Source: Escherichia coli | Lineage (GTDB): Bacteria; Pseudomonadota; Gammaproteobacteria; Enterobacterales; Enterobacteriaceae | DNA length: 39,980 nucleotides | Reading direction: 5' to 3' (one strand) | NCBI RefSeq assembly: GCF_003334405.1 | Contig: NZ_QOWM01000025.1 | Shown: in pieces, positions 19,901 through 32,493 of the stretch | How positions within the stretch are numbered: position 1 is the first letter of the stretch | Layout of the letters: every line of letters begins with the position of its first letter | Made by a program: the position numbers and the translations under genes | Notes under the pieces: model-generated | What the model was told of the DNA's origin: nothing | Seen by the model: the letters and a program-made list of their open reading frames with translations, nothing else | Database searches by the model: none

Positions 19901-21943
19901 ATGACGAATCCGTTACTGACTCCCTTTGAATTGCCTCCGTTTTCTAAAATTCTCCCGGAACATGTCGTTCCAGCCGTGACTAAGGCATTGAACGACTGCC
20001 GCGAAAACGTGGAGCGCGTAGTAGCGCAAGGGGCACCGTACACCTGGGAAAATCTCTGCCAGCCGCTGGCGGAAGTGGACGATGTGTTGGGGCGTATCTT
20101 CTCCCCGGTCAGCCACCTGAACTCGGTGAAAAATAGCCCGGAACTGCGTGAAGCCTACGAACAAACCCTGCCGCTGCTGTCGGAATACAGCACCTGGGTA
20201 GGGCAACATGAAGGGCTGTATAAAGCGTATCGCGACCTGCGCGATGGCGATCATTACGCCACGCTGAACACGGCGCAGAAGAAAGCGGTTGATAACGCAC
20301 TGCGCGACTTTGAACTCTCTGGCATAGGTCTGCCGAAAGAGAAACAGCAGCGTTACGGCGAAATTGCGACCCGTCTTTCTGAACTGGGCAACCAGTACAG
20401 CAACAACGTCCTCGATGCGACAATGGGCTGGACCAAACTCGTTACCGACGAAGCGGAGCTGGCGGGGATGCCAGAAAGCGCGCTGGCTGCGGCAAAAGCC
20501 CAGGCCGAAGCGAAAGAGCTGGAAGGTTATTTGCTGACGCTGGATATCCCAAGCTACTTGCCGGTAATGACCTACTGCGACAACCAGGCTCTGCGTGAAG
20601 AGATGTATCGCGCTTACAGCACCCGCGCCTCCGATCAAGGCCCAAACGCCGGTAAATGGGATAACAGCAAGGTGATGGAAGAGATCCTCGCGCTGCGTCA
20701 CGAACTGGCGCAACTGCTGGGCTTTGAAAACTACGCCTTTAAATCCCTTGCCACTAAAATGGCAGAAAACCCGCAGCAGGTGCTGGATTTCTTAACCGAT
20801 CTGGCAAAACGCGCGCGTCCACAAGGCGAAAAAGAGCTGGCGCAATTGCGTGCCTTTGCCAAAGCCGAATTTGGCGTCGATGAGTTGCAGCCGTGGGATA
20901 TCGCTTACTACAGCGAAAAACAAAAACAGCACCTCTACAGCATCAGTGACGAACAGCTGCGTCCGTACTTCCCGGAAAACAAAGCGGTTAACGGCCTGTT
21001 TGAAGTGGTTAAGCGTATTTACGGCATCACCGCTAAAGAGCGTAAAGATGTTGATGTCTGGCATCCGGATGTACGTTTCTTCGAACTGTATGACGAAAAT
21101 AACGAACTGCGCGGTAGCTTCTACCTCGATCTGTATGCCCGTGAAAACAAGCGCGGCGGGGCGTGGATGGATGACTGCGTAGGCCAGATGCGTAAAGCTG
21201 ATGGTTCTTTGCAAAAACCGGTCGCGTATTTGACTTGTAACTTCAACCGCCCGGTAAATGGTAAACCGGCGCTGTTCACTCACGACGAAGTGATCACCCT
21301 CTTCCACGAGTTCGGTCACGGCCTGCACCATATGCTGACCCGCATCGAAACCGCTGGTGTTTCCGGTATCAGCGGTGTGCCGTGGGATGCGGTCGAACTG
21401 CCGAGTCAGTTTATGGAAAACTGGTGCTGGGAGCCGGAGGCGCTGGCGTTTATCTCTGGTCACTATGAAACCGGCGAACCGCTGCCGAAAGAGTTGCTGG
21501 ATAAAATGCTGGCGGCGAAGAACTACCAGGCGGCGCTGTTTATTCTGCGTCAGCTGGAGTTCGGCCTGTTTGATTTCCGCCTTCATGCCGAGTTCCGCCC
21601 GGATCAGGGGGCAAAAATCCTCGAAACTCTGGCAGAAATCAAGAAACTGGTTGCCGTGGTGCCATCTCCGTCCTGGGGCCGTTTCCCGCACGCTTTCAGC
21701 CATATTTTCGCCGGTGGTTATGCCGCAGGTTACTACAGCTACCTGTGGGCTGACGTACTGGCGGCAGATGCTTTCTCGCGCTTTGAGGAAGAGGGCATTT
21801 TCAACCGTGAAACCGGGCAGTCGTTCCTCGACAACATTCTGAGCCGTGGCGGTTCAGAAGAGCCGATGGATCTGTTCAAACGCTTCCGTGGTCGTGAACC
21901 GCAGCTGGATGCGATGCTGGAGCATTACGGCATTAAGGGCTGA
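19901..21943 (+). CDS. prlC: Oligopeptidase A, M3-family zinc metallopeptidase (680 aa)
   Basis: Start trimmed to [17 protein letters not shown]…; HEXXH zinc-binding motif ([10 protein letters not shown]). Confidence 0.92.
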   Translation: MTNPLLTPFELPPFSKILPEHVVPAVTKALNDCRENVERVVAQGAPYTWENLCQPLAEVDDVLGRIFSPVSHLNSVKNSPELREAYEQTLPLLSEYSTWVGQHEGLYKAYRDLRDGDHYATLNTAQKKAVDNALRDFELSGIGLPKEKQQRYGEIATRLSELGNQYSNNVLDATMGWTKLVTDEAELAGMPESALAAAKAQAEAKELEGYLLTLDIPSYLPVMTYCDNQALREEMYRAYSTRASDQGPNAGKWDNSKVMEEILALRHELAQLLGFENYAFKSLATKMAENPQQVLDFLTDLAKRARPQGEKELAQLRAFAKAEFGVDELQPWDIAYYSEKQKQHLYSISDEQLRPYFPENKAVNGLFEVVKRIYGITAKERKDVDVWHPDVRFFELYDENNELRGSFYLDLYARENKRGGAWMDDCVGQMRKADGSLQKPVAYLTCNFNRPVNGKPALFTHDEVITLFHEFGHGLHHMLTRIETAGVSGISGVPWDAVELPSQFMENWCWEPEALAFISGHYETGEPLPKELLDKMLAAKNYQAALFILRQLEFGLFDFRLHAEFRPDQGAKILETLAEIKKLVAVVPSPSWGRFPHAFSHIFAGGYAAGYYSYLWADVLAADAFSRFEEEGIFNRETGQSFLDNILSRGGSEEPMDLFKRFRGREPQLDAMLEHYGIKG

Positions 21944-21950
21944 TCATTCA

Positions 21951-22703
21951 GTGAAAATCTGCTTAATTGATGAAACAGGCACCGGAGACGGTGCCTTATC
22001 TGTTCTGGCGGCCCGCTGGGGGCTGGAGCACGATGAAGACAACCTGATGGCGCTGGTGTTAACGCCGGAACATCTGGAATTGCGCAAGCGTGATGAGCCA
22101 AAACTTGGCGGCATCTTTGTTGATTTTGTTGGCGGAGCGATGGCGCACCGACGCAAATTCGGCGGTGGTCGCGGTGAGGCGGTGGCGAAAGCGGTGGGCA
22201 TTAAAGGCGATTATTTGCCGGATGTGGTGGATGCCACTGCAGGACTTGGGCGCGATGCCTTTGTACTGGCTTCAGTCGGCTGCCGCGTGCGGATGCTGGA
22301 GCGTAATCCAGTGGTTGCCGCGCTACTCGACGACGGCCTGGCGCGTGGTTATGCGGATGCGGAAATCGGCGGCTGGTTGCAGGAGCGGTTGCAGTTAATT
22401 CACGCCTCCAGCCTGACGGCGCTGACTGATATTACCCCGCGCCCGCAGGTGGTTTATCTCGACCCGATGTTCCCGCATAAGCAGAAAAGCGCGCTAGTGA
22501 AAAAAGAGATGCGTGTCTTTCAGTCGCTGGTGGGACCGGATCTTGATGCCGATGGATTACTGGAGCCTGCACGCTTGCTGGCGACCAAACGCGTGGTGGT
22601 AAAGCGCCCGGACTACGCGCCACCGCTGGCGAATGTCGCCACGCCAAACGCGGTAGTCACTAAAGGGCATCGCTTTGATATCTATGCAGGTACGCCAGTG
22701 TAA
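21951..22703 (+). CDS. rsmJ: 16S rRNA (guanine1516-N2)-methyltransferase RsmJ (250 aa, GTG start)
   Basis: GTG start 8 nt after the prlC stop; [27 protein letters not shown]…; SAM-dependent methyltransferase fold. Confidence 0.82.
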   Translation: MKICLIDETGTGDGALSVLAARWGLEHDEDNLMALVLTPEHLELRKRDEPKLGGIFVDFVGGAMAHRRKFGGGRGEAVAKAVGIKGDYLPDVVDATAGLGRDAFVLASVGCRVRMLERNPVVAALLDDGLARGYADAEIGGWLQERLQLIHASSLTALTDITPRPQVVYLDPMFPHKQKSALVKKEMRVFQSLVGPDLDADGLLEPARLLATKRVVVKRPDYAPPLANVATPNAVVTKGHRFDIYAGTPV

Positions 22704-22711
22704 AACTAAAA

Positions 22712-22742
22712 CAGGGTAGCGATAACGCTACCCTGCTTTCTG
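22712..22742. terminator. Bidirectional terminator between rsmJ and dtpB (cagggtagcg-ataa-cgctaccctg)
   Basis: 10-bp perfect stem flanked by A/T-rich runs on both sides; sits between convergent genes. Confidence 0.55.
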
Positions 22743-22751
22743 CAAGAATAA

Positions 22752-24221
22752 TTAATGGCTTTCCGGCGTCGCAATCATGCGTTTCAGCCACGGCACCATC
22801 AACAGCATCACTACTGCAACGCCCAGCGTGACCAGACCAATCTTACCAAACACGTTGGTATAGACGGGCAACGTCTCAAGCGGATCGGTAATGTTGTCCG
22901 GCACCGCGGTAAATGTTGCCACATAGCCGCCCAGCAAGAACGCGGCAGCCTGCGTCAGGAACCACATCCCGAGAATAAAGCCCATCAAATGCTGCGGCAC
23001 CAGGGCAGCAATCATCGCCAGGCCAAGGGCGCTAATAAACAGTTCACCTAAGCTCTGGAATAAGTACACCAGCACGATAAACCATGGCGATGTCAGCCCT
23101 TGTGCATCCGCAAACCACATTCCCGCAGCTGCCGCCGTCAAAAAGCCCAGTGAGCACATAAACATGCCGAGAGTAAATTTCATCGGCATCGAGAGGTCTT
23201 TGCCTTTGTTACCCAGATGCGTGTAAATGCCTGCCAGTATTGGGCTGGCGAGTACCACCCAGAACGGGTTAAGCGCCTGGAAGCTGACCGGGTTGATGGA
23301 AAAACCGAGAATTTCATGATGCACGTTGTTGATGGCAAAGAAGTTCAGCGATGTTGGCATCTGGGCGTAGAGAATGTAAAACACCACCGCTTCGAGCATC
23401 AGGACAAAGGCGACAAACATTTTATTGCGCCCGGTTTTATCCAGCTTGAATGCCTGACGAAAGAAGATGATGGTGACGACGATGGAGAGAACAATCAGCA
23501 CCAGATTGGCGACTTCTACGTTGTGCATCAGCCATGCGCATACGAAGATCATCACCACGCTGCCAAGTAACACGTACAACAGTTTGCTGAAGCTCATTGG
23601 CCGGAAGTCGGGTTCAGAACCAATGTCTTTCACCATTCCACGACAGGCGATGTAAACCAGTAATGCGATAATTAACCCCGCCCCGCACAGGTTGTAGGTG
23701 ACTGAATAACCGAATCTATCAGCGATCACAGGGGCCAGCGATAACGCTATCAACGAGCCGATGTTGATCGACATATAGAACAGGGTGAATGCGCCATCAA
23801 GCCGCGGATCTTTCGGCGGATAGCACTTCGAAAGCAAGCTGGCTGGGTTAGCTTTAAACAGGCCGTTACCGACAGCGATAGTCCCCAGGGCGATGAAAAT
23901 CAGGTCAGGCTTAAGTAGCGACATGCCGGTCATGAAGTAGCCAATCGCCAGCACAAGTGCTCCAAGAACAATGGTGCGTTTGGTCCCCAGCAGGTGGTCG
24001 CCGACATAGCCGCCAATGGAAATGAGGCCATAGACCAGCGCAGCAAAAGCACCAAAAGTGACAAAAGCCTGCTCTTGCGAGAATCCAAGCTGTTTAACGA
24101 AGAAAACCGCCAGTACGCCCTGCACGCCGTAGTAGCCGAATCGCTCCCATAACTCGACAAAAAAGATCATGAAAAATGGGCGAGGTTGCTGCAGCATCCC
24201 CATGGGTGTTGTTGTATTCAT
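22752..24221 (-). CDS. dtpB: Proton-dependent di-/tripeptide permease, POT/PTR2 family (489 aa)
   Basis: 489-aa polytopic membrane ORF with POT-family N-terminal region (…[27 protein letters not shown]…). Confidence 0.9.
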
Positions 24222-24477
24222 ATTTATTAACCTTCCAATACCATCCTGAAAAGTATGAACGCGTAAGGGATAACGCGCGAAAAAGTTTACATCTGTCAGA
24301 GATTCTTAATATTGATGCGGTGAATAGATTAATACACTATTACAACAGAAAATAACCAGATGATCACACTAATGATGGAAAATATGATGGTGTTAAATGT
24401 TGTATTGGCTGGGGATTTTGATTGCGTACGCAGACCGTAGGCCAGATAAGGTGTTTACGCTGATCAGGTAACAAGGC

Positions 24478-24512
24478 GCGCCAAAAAGCAAAACGCCCGC
24501 ATATGCGGGCGT
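24478..24512 (-). terminator. uspA intrinsic terminator (aacgcccgcatatgcgggcgtt + U-run on the minus strand)
   Basis: Perfect palindromic GC-rich stem followed on the minus strand by ttgcttttt; 26 nt downstream of the uspA stop. Confidence 0.7.
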
Positions 24513-24537
24513 TCAGGAACACGTCGTAGAGGGAAGA

Positions 24538-24972
24538 TTATTCTTCTTCGTCGCGCAGCGGAACAATCAGCATATCAACGTGAACGGTGTTGATCAGCTG
24601 ACGTGCGGAAGACATCAGTTTGCTCCAGAAGTCCTGGTGGTGACCACAAACCACCAAATCCATATCGTATTTCTTGATTGCATCGACCAGAACCTGGCCC
24701 AGGTCGCCGCTGCCGCTCAGGGTTTCAGTGATTGGGTAGCCTGCATTAGTGGAAAGCTCGGTCAGTGCATGATGTGTCTCTTCAGAGATGCGTTTCTGCA
24801 TATCACCCAGATTCACATCAATAAGCCCGGTGTATAGGTCAGAGTAGTTTACATCTACGTGGATCAGAGAAACTTTCGCATTGTAGGGGCGAGCCATAGA
24901 GACTGCTTTCTCTACCAGAACTTTGCTTTCCGGGGAGAGGTCGACCGCGATGAGAATGTGTTTATAAGCCAT
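24538..24972 (-). CDS. uspA: Universal stress protein A (144 aa)
   Basis: 144-aa [43 protein letters not shown]…. Confidence 0.93.
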
Positions 24973-25362
24973 AGTGTTACTCCTTCCATAAAGTTGTCGA
25001 TGACTGGCCAGCTAGCGTTTCTTGTGCCGTTACGTCACCCGCGTCCTGCGAACTACGTGCGCGGGGCTAACCCAGCCGTAAAGATTCAGTGTTAAGACCA
25101 TCCTTACCTTATAGCGACCCGGATGATCCGTCAATCCGCCTTGCTTACTCGTTAGATAAACAAATTTTCGACATGAATATATTGATAGTGGTTAACCTTC
25201 TGGAAAAAAAACAACCTGATCTCCTACACTATCTATAGAGCCGCTCGTATGTTGGTCACCACAAAAGCGGTTTCTCCAGGACCTGGTGTTAACTGATTGG
25301 CAGCGTATCGGGAGCGGTAGCCCCGGGGTGGAACTCCGCGGGCAGGTCGCCGGGGAGGAGGT

Positions 25363-25698
25363 ATGATAAGCACCGTCGCATTATTTTGGGCTTTATGTGT
25401 CGTTTGCATTGTTAACATGGCGCGCTATTTCTCATCACTACGCGCGTTGTTAGTGGTACTGCGTAACTGCGATCCATTGCTCTATCAATATGTTGATGGA
25501 GGGGGCTTTTTTACCTCACATGGCCAACCCAACAAACAGGTGCGTCTCGTTTGGTATATCTATGCCCAACGTTATCGCGATCATCACGATGATGAATTTA
25601 TTCGCCGCTGTGAGCGGGTGCGTCGGCAGTTTATTCTGACCAGCGCATTGTGTGGTCTGGTGGTGGTCAGCCTGATTGCATTGATGATTTGGCATTAA
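25363..25698 (+). CDS. uspB: Universal stress protein B, small inner membrane protein (111 aa)
   Basis: 111-aa ORF with two hydrophobic segments, divergent from uspA. Confidence 0.9.
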
Positions 25699-25776
25699 GC
25701 ACTTCAGCAATAATAACGCATAAAAAAAGCGGGCCAGTAAACTGACCCGCTCGAGACTGATTACAAACGCAAAATT

Positions 25777-25877
25777 GCCTGATGCGCTACGCTTATCAGG
25801 CCTACATAATCTCTGCAATCTATTGAATTTGCATGTTTTTGTAGGCCGGATAAGGCGTTCACGCCGCATCCGGCATG
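25777..25877. repeat. REP/BIME element pair between uspB and pitA (gcctgatgcgctacgcttatcaggcctac … gtaggccggataaggcgttcacgccgcatccggc)
   Basis: Canonical REP consensus; flanked by two related hairpins (25729-25757 and 25903-25930) that can act as terminators for uspB and pitA. Confidence 0.7.
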
Positions 25878-25941
25878 AACAAAGCGCACTATGTCACAAT
25901 CTGAAGCGGGCCAGCTGACCCGCTCGTTTTGGTGCGTACGA

Positions 25942-27441
25942 TTACAGGAACTGCAAGGAGAGCCAGTACAGCCCGCCGGAAAGCAGTACCGCAGCCGGAA
26001 GGGTAAACACCCAGGCCATCAGAATGCTGGTCACGGTTTTACGCTGTAAGCCGCCACCATCTACCACCATCGTCCCCGCGACAGAAGAGGAGAGTACGTG
26101 AGTAGTGGAAACCGGCATCCCGGTATAACTCGCCAGGCCGATAGACACTGCCGCCGTCATCTGGGCAGACATCCCCTGAGCGTAGGTCATGCCTTTCTTA
26201 CCGATTTTCTCACCGATAGTCGTTGCCACACGGCGCCAGCCAATCATCGTACCGATACCTAACGCCAGCGCGACCGCCATGATGATCCACACCGGTGCAT
26301 ACTCGATGGTGCTAAGCATGTCGGACTTCAGTTTCTTCAACAGGCGCTGATCGTCAGCACTCACGCCAGGCATCTTCACCACTTTGTCGATAGTGTCAGA
26401 AACGCACAGCATAATGCGGCGCATCTGGCTACGTTGATCAAGCGACAGCTTGTCGTAGCTTTCCACATCGGTGGTCAACATACCTTTCAGGCGGTTGAGC
26501 GCGTTAATGGTATTCGACGGATGGCAGTGGAACTCCGCAGGTTGCGTTGCGCCAGCTTCCGGAGCCGGTACTAACTGATCAGCACCGGTAGCCTGTTTGA
26601 GCAGCGCAGGATGCTGCTCAAAGTAAGCTTCGACGTTGTTGATGGCATCACGGGTACGGGTGATTTCGTAGCCAGTGGCATTCATGTTCACCACGAAGCC
26701 TGCTGGCGCGACGCCAATCAATACCAACATAACCAGACCAATGCCTTTCTGACCATCGTTCGCGCCGTGCGAAAACGCCACGCCGATAGCGGAAAGGATC
26801 AGCGCAATACGCGTCCAGAACGGCGGCTTTTTCTTGCCGTCTTTCTTTTCACGCTCCGCTGGGGTCAGGTGGATACGGGCGCGTTTCTTGGTGCCGCTCC
26901 AGTAGCGACGCAGCAAGAAAATCAGACCGCCAGCAAACACCAGGCCGACAATAGGGGAAACGATCAGAGAACCGAAAATACTTAATACTTTCGGGATATT
27001 GAGTGCATCCACCACTGACGTCCCGGTCATCAACGCATTGGTTAAACCAATCCCGATGATCGCGCCAATCAGCGTATGAGAGCTGGATGCAGGTAAACCA
27101 AAGTACCAGGTACCCAGGTTCCAGATAATCGCCGCCAGCAACATAGAGAACACCATGGCAAGGCCATGAGACGATCCCATATTAAGCAGCAGATCCGTCG
27201 GCAGCATATGCACAATGGCATAGGCAACACTCAGACCACCCAGCAAAACACCCAAAAAGTTGAATACCGCCGCCATAACCACGGCGAGCTGAGAACGCAT
27301 CGCGCGGGTATAGATAACGGTTGCCACGGCGTTGGCTGTGTCATGGAAACCATTGATGGCTTCGTAGAACAGCACAAAAGCCAGTGCAAGCAATAATAAC
27401 AGCCCGGTATGCAAATCCAGGCCAGCAAACAAATGTAGCAT
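25942..27441 (-). CDS. pitA: Low-affinity inorganic phosphate / metal-phosphate transporter PitA (499 aa)
   Basis: 499-aa polytopic [48 protein letters not shown]… (PHO4/Pit family GFHD/GANDG motifs). Confidence 0.92.
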
Positions 27442-27672
27442 AGGACGTTACGCCATTTTGAGGACATGAACGCGGCGCATTATCAGTGACTTTCGCGGCG
27501 CGGGCAAAGTGAAATATAGACTTTTTTTGATTTGCCCCCTGTATGGATTTCACTCAAAAAATAATTATCTTATATAATTCAGGCAAATACTTCCTTTTAG
27601 TAATATTGATGCTGGTGCGACCACTGAGGAATCTTTACAATTCACGCCCGTTTTTTCTAAGAGGAGCGCAAC

Positions 27673-28875
27673 GTGGAAAGGTTTGATGCCATTATTATAG
27701 GCGCTGGTGCGGCGGGTATGTTCTGTTCTGCGCTGGCAGGTCAGGCAGGACGCCGGGTTCTGCTGATCGATAATGGTAAAAAACCAGGGCGCAAAATCCT
27801 TATGTCTGGCGGTGGGCGCTGCAACTTTACCAACCTTTATGTCGAACCAGGCGCTTATCTGAGCCAGAATCCGCATTTTTGTAAGTCTGCACTCGCACGT
27901 TTTACCCAGTGGGATTTCATTGATCTGGTCAATAAACACGGCATCGCCTGGCACGAGAAAACGTTAGGGCAACTCTTCTGCGATGACTCCGCGCAGCAGA
28001 TTGTCGACATGCTGGTGGATGAGTGCGAGAAGGGCAATGTGACCTTCAGATTGCGTAGCGAAGTGCTGAGTGTGGCGAAGGATGAAACAGGCTTCACGCT
28101 TGATCTGAACGGCATGACTGTCGGTTGCGAAAAGCTGGTCATCGCGACTGGTGGGCTGTCAATGCCGGGGCTGGGCGCGTCGCCGTTTGGTTATAAGATT
28201 GCCGAACAATTTGGCCTCAACGTGCTGCCGACCCGCGCGGGTCTGGTGCCATTCACTCTGCATAAACCGTTGCTCGAAGAGTTACAGGTGCTGGCGGGCG
28301 TGGCGGTGCCTTCCGTGATTACCGCTGAAAACGGCACCGTTTTCCGTGAGAACTTACTCTTCACCCACCGCGGCTTGTCTGGACCGGCGGTGTTGCAGAT
28401 TTCAAGCTACTGGCAACCGGGGGAATTTGTCAGCATCAATCTGCTACCGGATGTGGACCTCGAAACCTTCCTGAATGAGCAGCGTAACGCACATCCGAAT
28501 CAAAGCCTGAAAAACACACTGGCGGTTCATCTACCGAAGCGGTTGGTTGAACGCTTACAGCAACTCGGGCAAATCCCGGATGTTTCGCTAAAACAGCTCA
28601 ACGTGCGTGACCAACAGGCACTGATTAGCACATTGACCGACTGGCGCGTACAACCCAACGGCACTGAAGGCTATCGCACTGCCGAAGTGACGCTCGGCGG
28701 CGTGGACACCAACGAACTCTCTTCACGGACGATGGAAGCGCGCAAAGTGCCTGGGCTGTACTTCATCGGCGAAGTGATGGACGTCACCGGCTGGCTGGGG
28801 GGCTATAACTTCCAGTGGGCGTGGTCGAGTGCGTGGGCTTGTGCGCAGGATTTGATTGCAGCAAAGTCGTCCTGA
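27673..28875 (+). CDS. yhiN: FAD-dependent oxidoreductase, HI0933-like flavoprotein (400 aa, GTG start)
   Basis: N-terminal Rossmann dinucleotide-binding motif DAIIIGAGAAGMFCSA; preceded by SD aagaggag. Confidence 0.85.
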   Translation: MERFDAIIIGAGAAGMFCSALAGQAGRRVLLIDNGKKPGRKILMSGGGRCNFTNLYVEPGAYLSQNPHFCKSALARFTQWDFIDLVNKHGIAWHEKTLGQLFCDDSAQQIVDMLVDECEKGNVTFRLRSEVLSVAKDETGFTLDLNGMTVGCEKLVIATGGLSMPGLGASPFGYKIAEQFGLNVLPTRAGLVPFTLHKPLLEELQVLAGVAVPSVITAENGTVFRENLLFTHRGLSGPAVLQISSYWQPGEFVSINLLPDVDLETFLNEQRNAHPNQSLKNTLAVHLPKRLVERLQQLGQIPDVSLKQLNVRDQQALISTLTDWRVQPNGTEGYRTAEVTLGGVDTNELSSRTMEARKVPGLYFIGEVMDVTGWLGGYNFQWAWSSAWACAQDLIAAKSS

Positions 28876-29134
28876 CCTATTTCCTAAAGATGAAAATTAT
28901 TAGAGTCGCATTAAAAATGAGCTAATTTTGATAGTGGTTATCTTGTGATTATTTTCTAATGAGCCCGTGAACTGAAACCCTCCATGCTTAATATAAGGTG
29001 GATGGAAAGGTGATTGAAAACTCACCCAGTGGCCAGATCTTTATGAAATATGAACAGGTTGAAAAAAACAGTAACTTTGCTGTTTTTTATACTTAACCAC
29101 TATGCATTAATGCTGCGTTATTTCATGATGCCTA

Positions 29135-29175
29135 AGAAAAACCAGCGTTACGCAAATGGTCAACGCTGGTTTTAT
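29135..29175. terminator. Bidirectional intrinsic terminator (aaccagcgtt … aacgctggtt flanked by A- and T-runs), 15 nt past the yhiM stop
   Basis: 10-bp perfect stem; on the minus strand it is followed by tttttctt. Confidence 0.65.
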
Positions 29176-29189
29176 CCGGTACGTTGCAA

Positions 29190-30242
29190 TTATTTTTTAG
29201 CAGAACCCGCTTCTAATATTGAAACGATTGAGAACAACGTAAAGCATACCGCTCCCAAACCGACCAGAACTCGCGAAGGAATAAAATATCCCATGTCGGT
29301 CTGCGCCATTTCCGCAAGAAACGATGCCAGGAAAAGGCAAAACAGGCAGGTGAAGACGGGAATCATCGGTATTCTGTTGGCTAACGAACAGGTACGTCTC
29401 CATACCAGTGCCAGTAGCCAGACTTTTGAGAATATGCTGTAACAGATCATTCCGAGGCAAATAAGAATAATGCCGGGAGCCAGTCGGGCGCTTGCATCGG
29501 AACTGACTAAGACGTATATCCCCTGCAGTACCGTGATTGAGCCGAGAAAAATAACCCAATAACACCACAGCCAGTGTTCTTTAGTTGAAAACGTATTACG
29601 TGTTTGATGGACAATTGTGGCAACAAGGCCAATTAGACAGGCACAGATTGCGGTTAACCCAAGCAATACGTGACCCGCGACATAATGCGGAGTTATGTCA
29701 GCACTACGTAACAGCGTAATAGACCAAATGAAACCGAGCAGGGTGAGTAAAACGGGAACGGCAATGAGGCAGTTACCGATTAATGAAGAATAAGCCTGTA
29801 CCGGTGTTCCGTCGCTCTTGCTCCCCGCTGCATTTTTGGGAATGAGCAGAAAGTGACCGGATGACGCTGCCACCGTCGATACACAGGCGGCAATCATACC
29901 AACGCCGAAAATAACATGGCCGGCGACAAACTCGTCTGCCATCACATCATTGCCTGCTAACAGTGCCCAACCCCATATCATGGTGATAATTGACCCCGCA
30001 TAGCCAATAATGGGGAACAATGTATTGTAAAACGTATTAACGCCGCGCGTGAGCTGCGAAATGATAATAAATGCGGTAGTGAATAATGCCAGGCATATGG
30101 CCGCCAGAGAAATCAGCACATGACCCGCGACGAAATACTCGCTTTGCCCTGAACTTTCCAGCACAAAGCCACCTAACGCGATACAAATTAAGCCCATAAT
30201 CAAAGGGATTAATTTGAAAAGCCACCCGATATATATGTTCAC
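29190..30242 (-). CDS. yhiM: Inner membrane protein YhiM (350 aa, GTG start)
   Basis: ORF track 383 aa trimmed to the GTG giving MNIYIGWLFKLIPLIMGLICIALGG…; internally repeated motif YFVAGHVL / EFVAGHVIFG / HYVAGHVLLG across TM segments. Confidence 0.82.
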   Translation of the reverse strand: MNIYIGWLFKLIPLIMGLICIALGGFVLESSGQSEYFVAGHVLISLAAICLALFTTAFIIISQLTRGVNTFYNTLFPIIGYAGSIITMIWGWALLAGNDVMADEFVAGHVIFGVGMIAACVSTVAASSGHFLLIPKNAAGSKSDGTPVQAYSSLIGNCLIAVPVLLTLLGFIWSITLLRSADITPHYVAGHVLLGLTAICACLIGLVATIVHQTRNTFSTKEHWLWCYWVIFLGSITVLQGIYVLVSSDASARLAPGIILICLGMICYSIFSKVWLLALVWRRTCSLANRIPMIPVFTCLFCLFLASFLAEMAQTDMGYFIPSRVLVGLGAVCFTLFSIVSILEAGSAKK

Positions 30243-30624
30243 TTTAAACTCCTCAGGTATCCCTGCTAATATTGAAATATGCATTAATGATAATTTCATC
30301 CTGTTAATATAATGACGAGATATCATTAAAGACAAATGCATAGCATAACTATAGCGGGGTTTACTTTGCAGAGCGCTACTTTTCAGCGTTCAAAAGGCCA
30401 TGATAAATAAAAATTTATCCTAAGATTAATTCTTATGCTGTTGTTTTTTACAATTATCTTCCAGGGAGGGATTATTCTTCATTATTTGGTAAAAGACCGG
30501 ATAGTCTCGGTGCTTAAAATCAGCGAACATATAAGTATTATTATTTTATATCGTCGTAAATCTGTTTTTCAGACAAGTATCATTTATTTTGTTACAAACA
30601 ATTCAAAAATATCACAGGTTATTT

Positions 30625-32232
30625 ATGAAAGCAATTGACAATCAGATTAGAAACATCTCTTCAAGCCATCAAGATAAGCATTCAGATAAAGTTAACAGTC
30701 ATCAACACCATGGCAAGGTTGATAAAACACATCGTGCAAAGATAGTTGAATTTGATAAACTGGATAATGATTCGCAAATAGATAACGATTTTGGCCTGCA
30801 TATCATCTATTTCCTGCAACATGGTCACTGGAAGGTAAATGATCGTAGTCACCAGATGGAGAAAGTATGGTTTTATAATAGTGAACCTTCTATAGATATT
30901 CAAGAATATAATAGATTCGCCGACAATACTACTGATACGTTTATCTTTACAATTATACCAGACAATAACCATGTGTTAAAATTATCGTCTCCCATTACCG
31001 TTACTGTTGAGTGTAAGGGCGGTTATTATTTTATTAATTCCTCTGGAGATAAATCAGATATAATTTATAAAGTTGATGGGCTTTCTATCATAGCGAGAAA
31101 TTTCTTTACTCTTCTTAGTGGTAATTTCAAACCTGACTGGCGTTGGGATGTCTCTAAAGAGACGTTTACTAAGGAAAAGTTTGATAGCTATGTTAAATCT
31201 GTGTTTTCAAAAATAGACTTCTATAAACAGTGTGGTGTGATTAACCCACAAAATGCCAACACGGCTTATTTTGGCGATACAGATGGAAGAGTAGGCGCTG
31301 TACTTTATGCATTGCTCGTTTCAGGGCATATAGGCATCAGGGAAAAGGGTTGGAGTTTATTATGTGAATTATTAAAACACGAAGAGATGGCTTCATCTGC
31401 ATACAAACATAAAAATAATAAAGTGCTCTACGATTTATTAAATACGAGAGACATGATCTTGAATGAGTTGCATCAACATGTTTTTTTAAAGGACGATGCG
31501 ATAACCCCTTGTATCTTCCTTGGGGATCATACAGGCGATAGATTTAGTACTATTTTTGGTGATAAATATATCCTTACTTTGCTAAATTCTATGCGAAATA
31601 TGGAGGGTAATAAAGATAGCCGTATTAATAAAAATGTCGTCGTTCTGGCTGGAAATCATGAAATCAATTTTAATGGTAACTATACTGCACGACTAGCAAA
31701 TCATAAACTCTCTGCCGGTGATACGTATAACTTAATTAAAACGCTCGATGTTTGTAATTATGACTCAGAAAGGCAAGTTTTAACCAGTCATCACGGAATA
31801 ATAAGAGATGAAGAAAAAAAATGTTATTGTCTCGGTGCTTTGCAGGTTCCATTTAATCAGATGAAAAATCCTACTGATCCTGAGGAATTAGCCAATATTT
31901 TTAATAAAAAACATAAAGAACACATGGATGATCCTCTATTCCATCTAATCCGAAGCAATACTTTGAAACCCACACCTGTATATGCTAATTATTTTGATAA
32001 CACTACTGATTTCAGACCAGCACGTGAACGTATCTTCATATGTGGGGAGACACTCAAAGGTGAAGACCCCAGCAAATACATTAGACAAAAATATGGGCAT
32101 CATGGGCCCGGGGTAGATCATAATCAACAATTTGATAATGGTATTATGGGGCTAAATTCCCTGAAGGAAGCACGTGATAAAAATAATAAAATAATTTATT
32201 CCTCAGGGCTTAGTTGTTTTCAACCACATTAA
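30625..32232 (+). CDS. yhiL: Uncharacterised protein YhiL, apparently intact (535 aa from ATG at 30625); paralog of YhiJ
   Basis: ORF track starts at a TTG (30589); the ATG at 30625 (MKAIDNQIRNISS…) is preferred. Shares with YhiJ the blocks YFGDTDGxVGAVL…GHxGI, FLGDxTGDRFS and VLAGNHExNxNGNY. Confidence 0.75.
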   Translation: MKAIDNQIRNISSSHQDKHSDKVNSHQHHGKVDKTHRAKIVEFDKLDNDSQIDNDFGLHIIYFLQHGHWKVNDRSHQMEKVWFYNSEPSIDIQEYNRFADNTTDTFIFTIIPDNNHVLKLSSPITVTVECKGGYYFINSSGDKSDIIYKVDGLSIIARNFFTLLSGNFKPDWRWDVSKETFTKEKFDSYVKSVFSKIDFYKQCGVINPQNANTAYFGDTDGRVGAVLYALLVSGHIGIREKGWSLLCELLKHEEMASSAYKHKNNKVLYDLLNTRDMILNELHQHVFLKDDAITPCIFLGDHTGDRFSTIFGDKYILTLLNSMRNMEGNKDSRINKNVVVLAGNHEINFNGNYTARLANHKLSAGDTYNLIKTLDVCNYDSERQVLTSHHGIIRDEEKKCYCLGALQVPFNQMKNPTDPEELANIFNKKHKEHMDDPLFHLIRSNTLKPTPVYANYFDNTTDFRPARERIFICGETLKGEDPSKYIRQKYGHHGPGVDHNQQFDNGIMGLNSLKEARDKNNKIIYSSGLSCFQPH

Positions 32233-32493
32233 AACTCCATGAATACGGTGGTATGTCTTTTTAATCCTGCCAGTATTTCATAGGTTTTCTTAATCGATTG
32301 TAGAGGCATGTTCTGATGACGCCTCTACAATCTTTAGGGACTTTCTCTGCTATGAGATAAGAAATTTCATATTATGCTTTGAGGCTGAATGATTTGTGCA
32401 AAATATAATTATTTTCCCATCGAACATGAGGTGTATGTCATAAGATAAAATGTTAACTATGTATTCCTCGCGGTAAATAATATGAGGTAAAAT

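Noticed and set aside
19913-21703. Minus-strand ORFs of 266 aa and 303 aa antisense to prlC
   Set aside because: Both are embedded in the prlC coding region, which has a clear HEXXH metallopeptidase signature on the plus strand; the antisense products are Arg/Gln-rich with no motifs.
24470-25760. Restriction-site-like palindromes (ggcgcgcc, catatg, gctagc, ctcgag) hinting at an engineered insert
   Set aside because: Sites are scattered within native-looking terminator hairpins and REP elements; gene order and flanks are continuous chromosomal sequence with no vector-like features.
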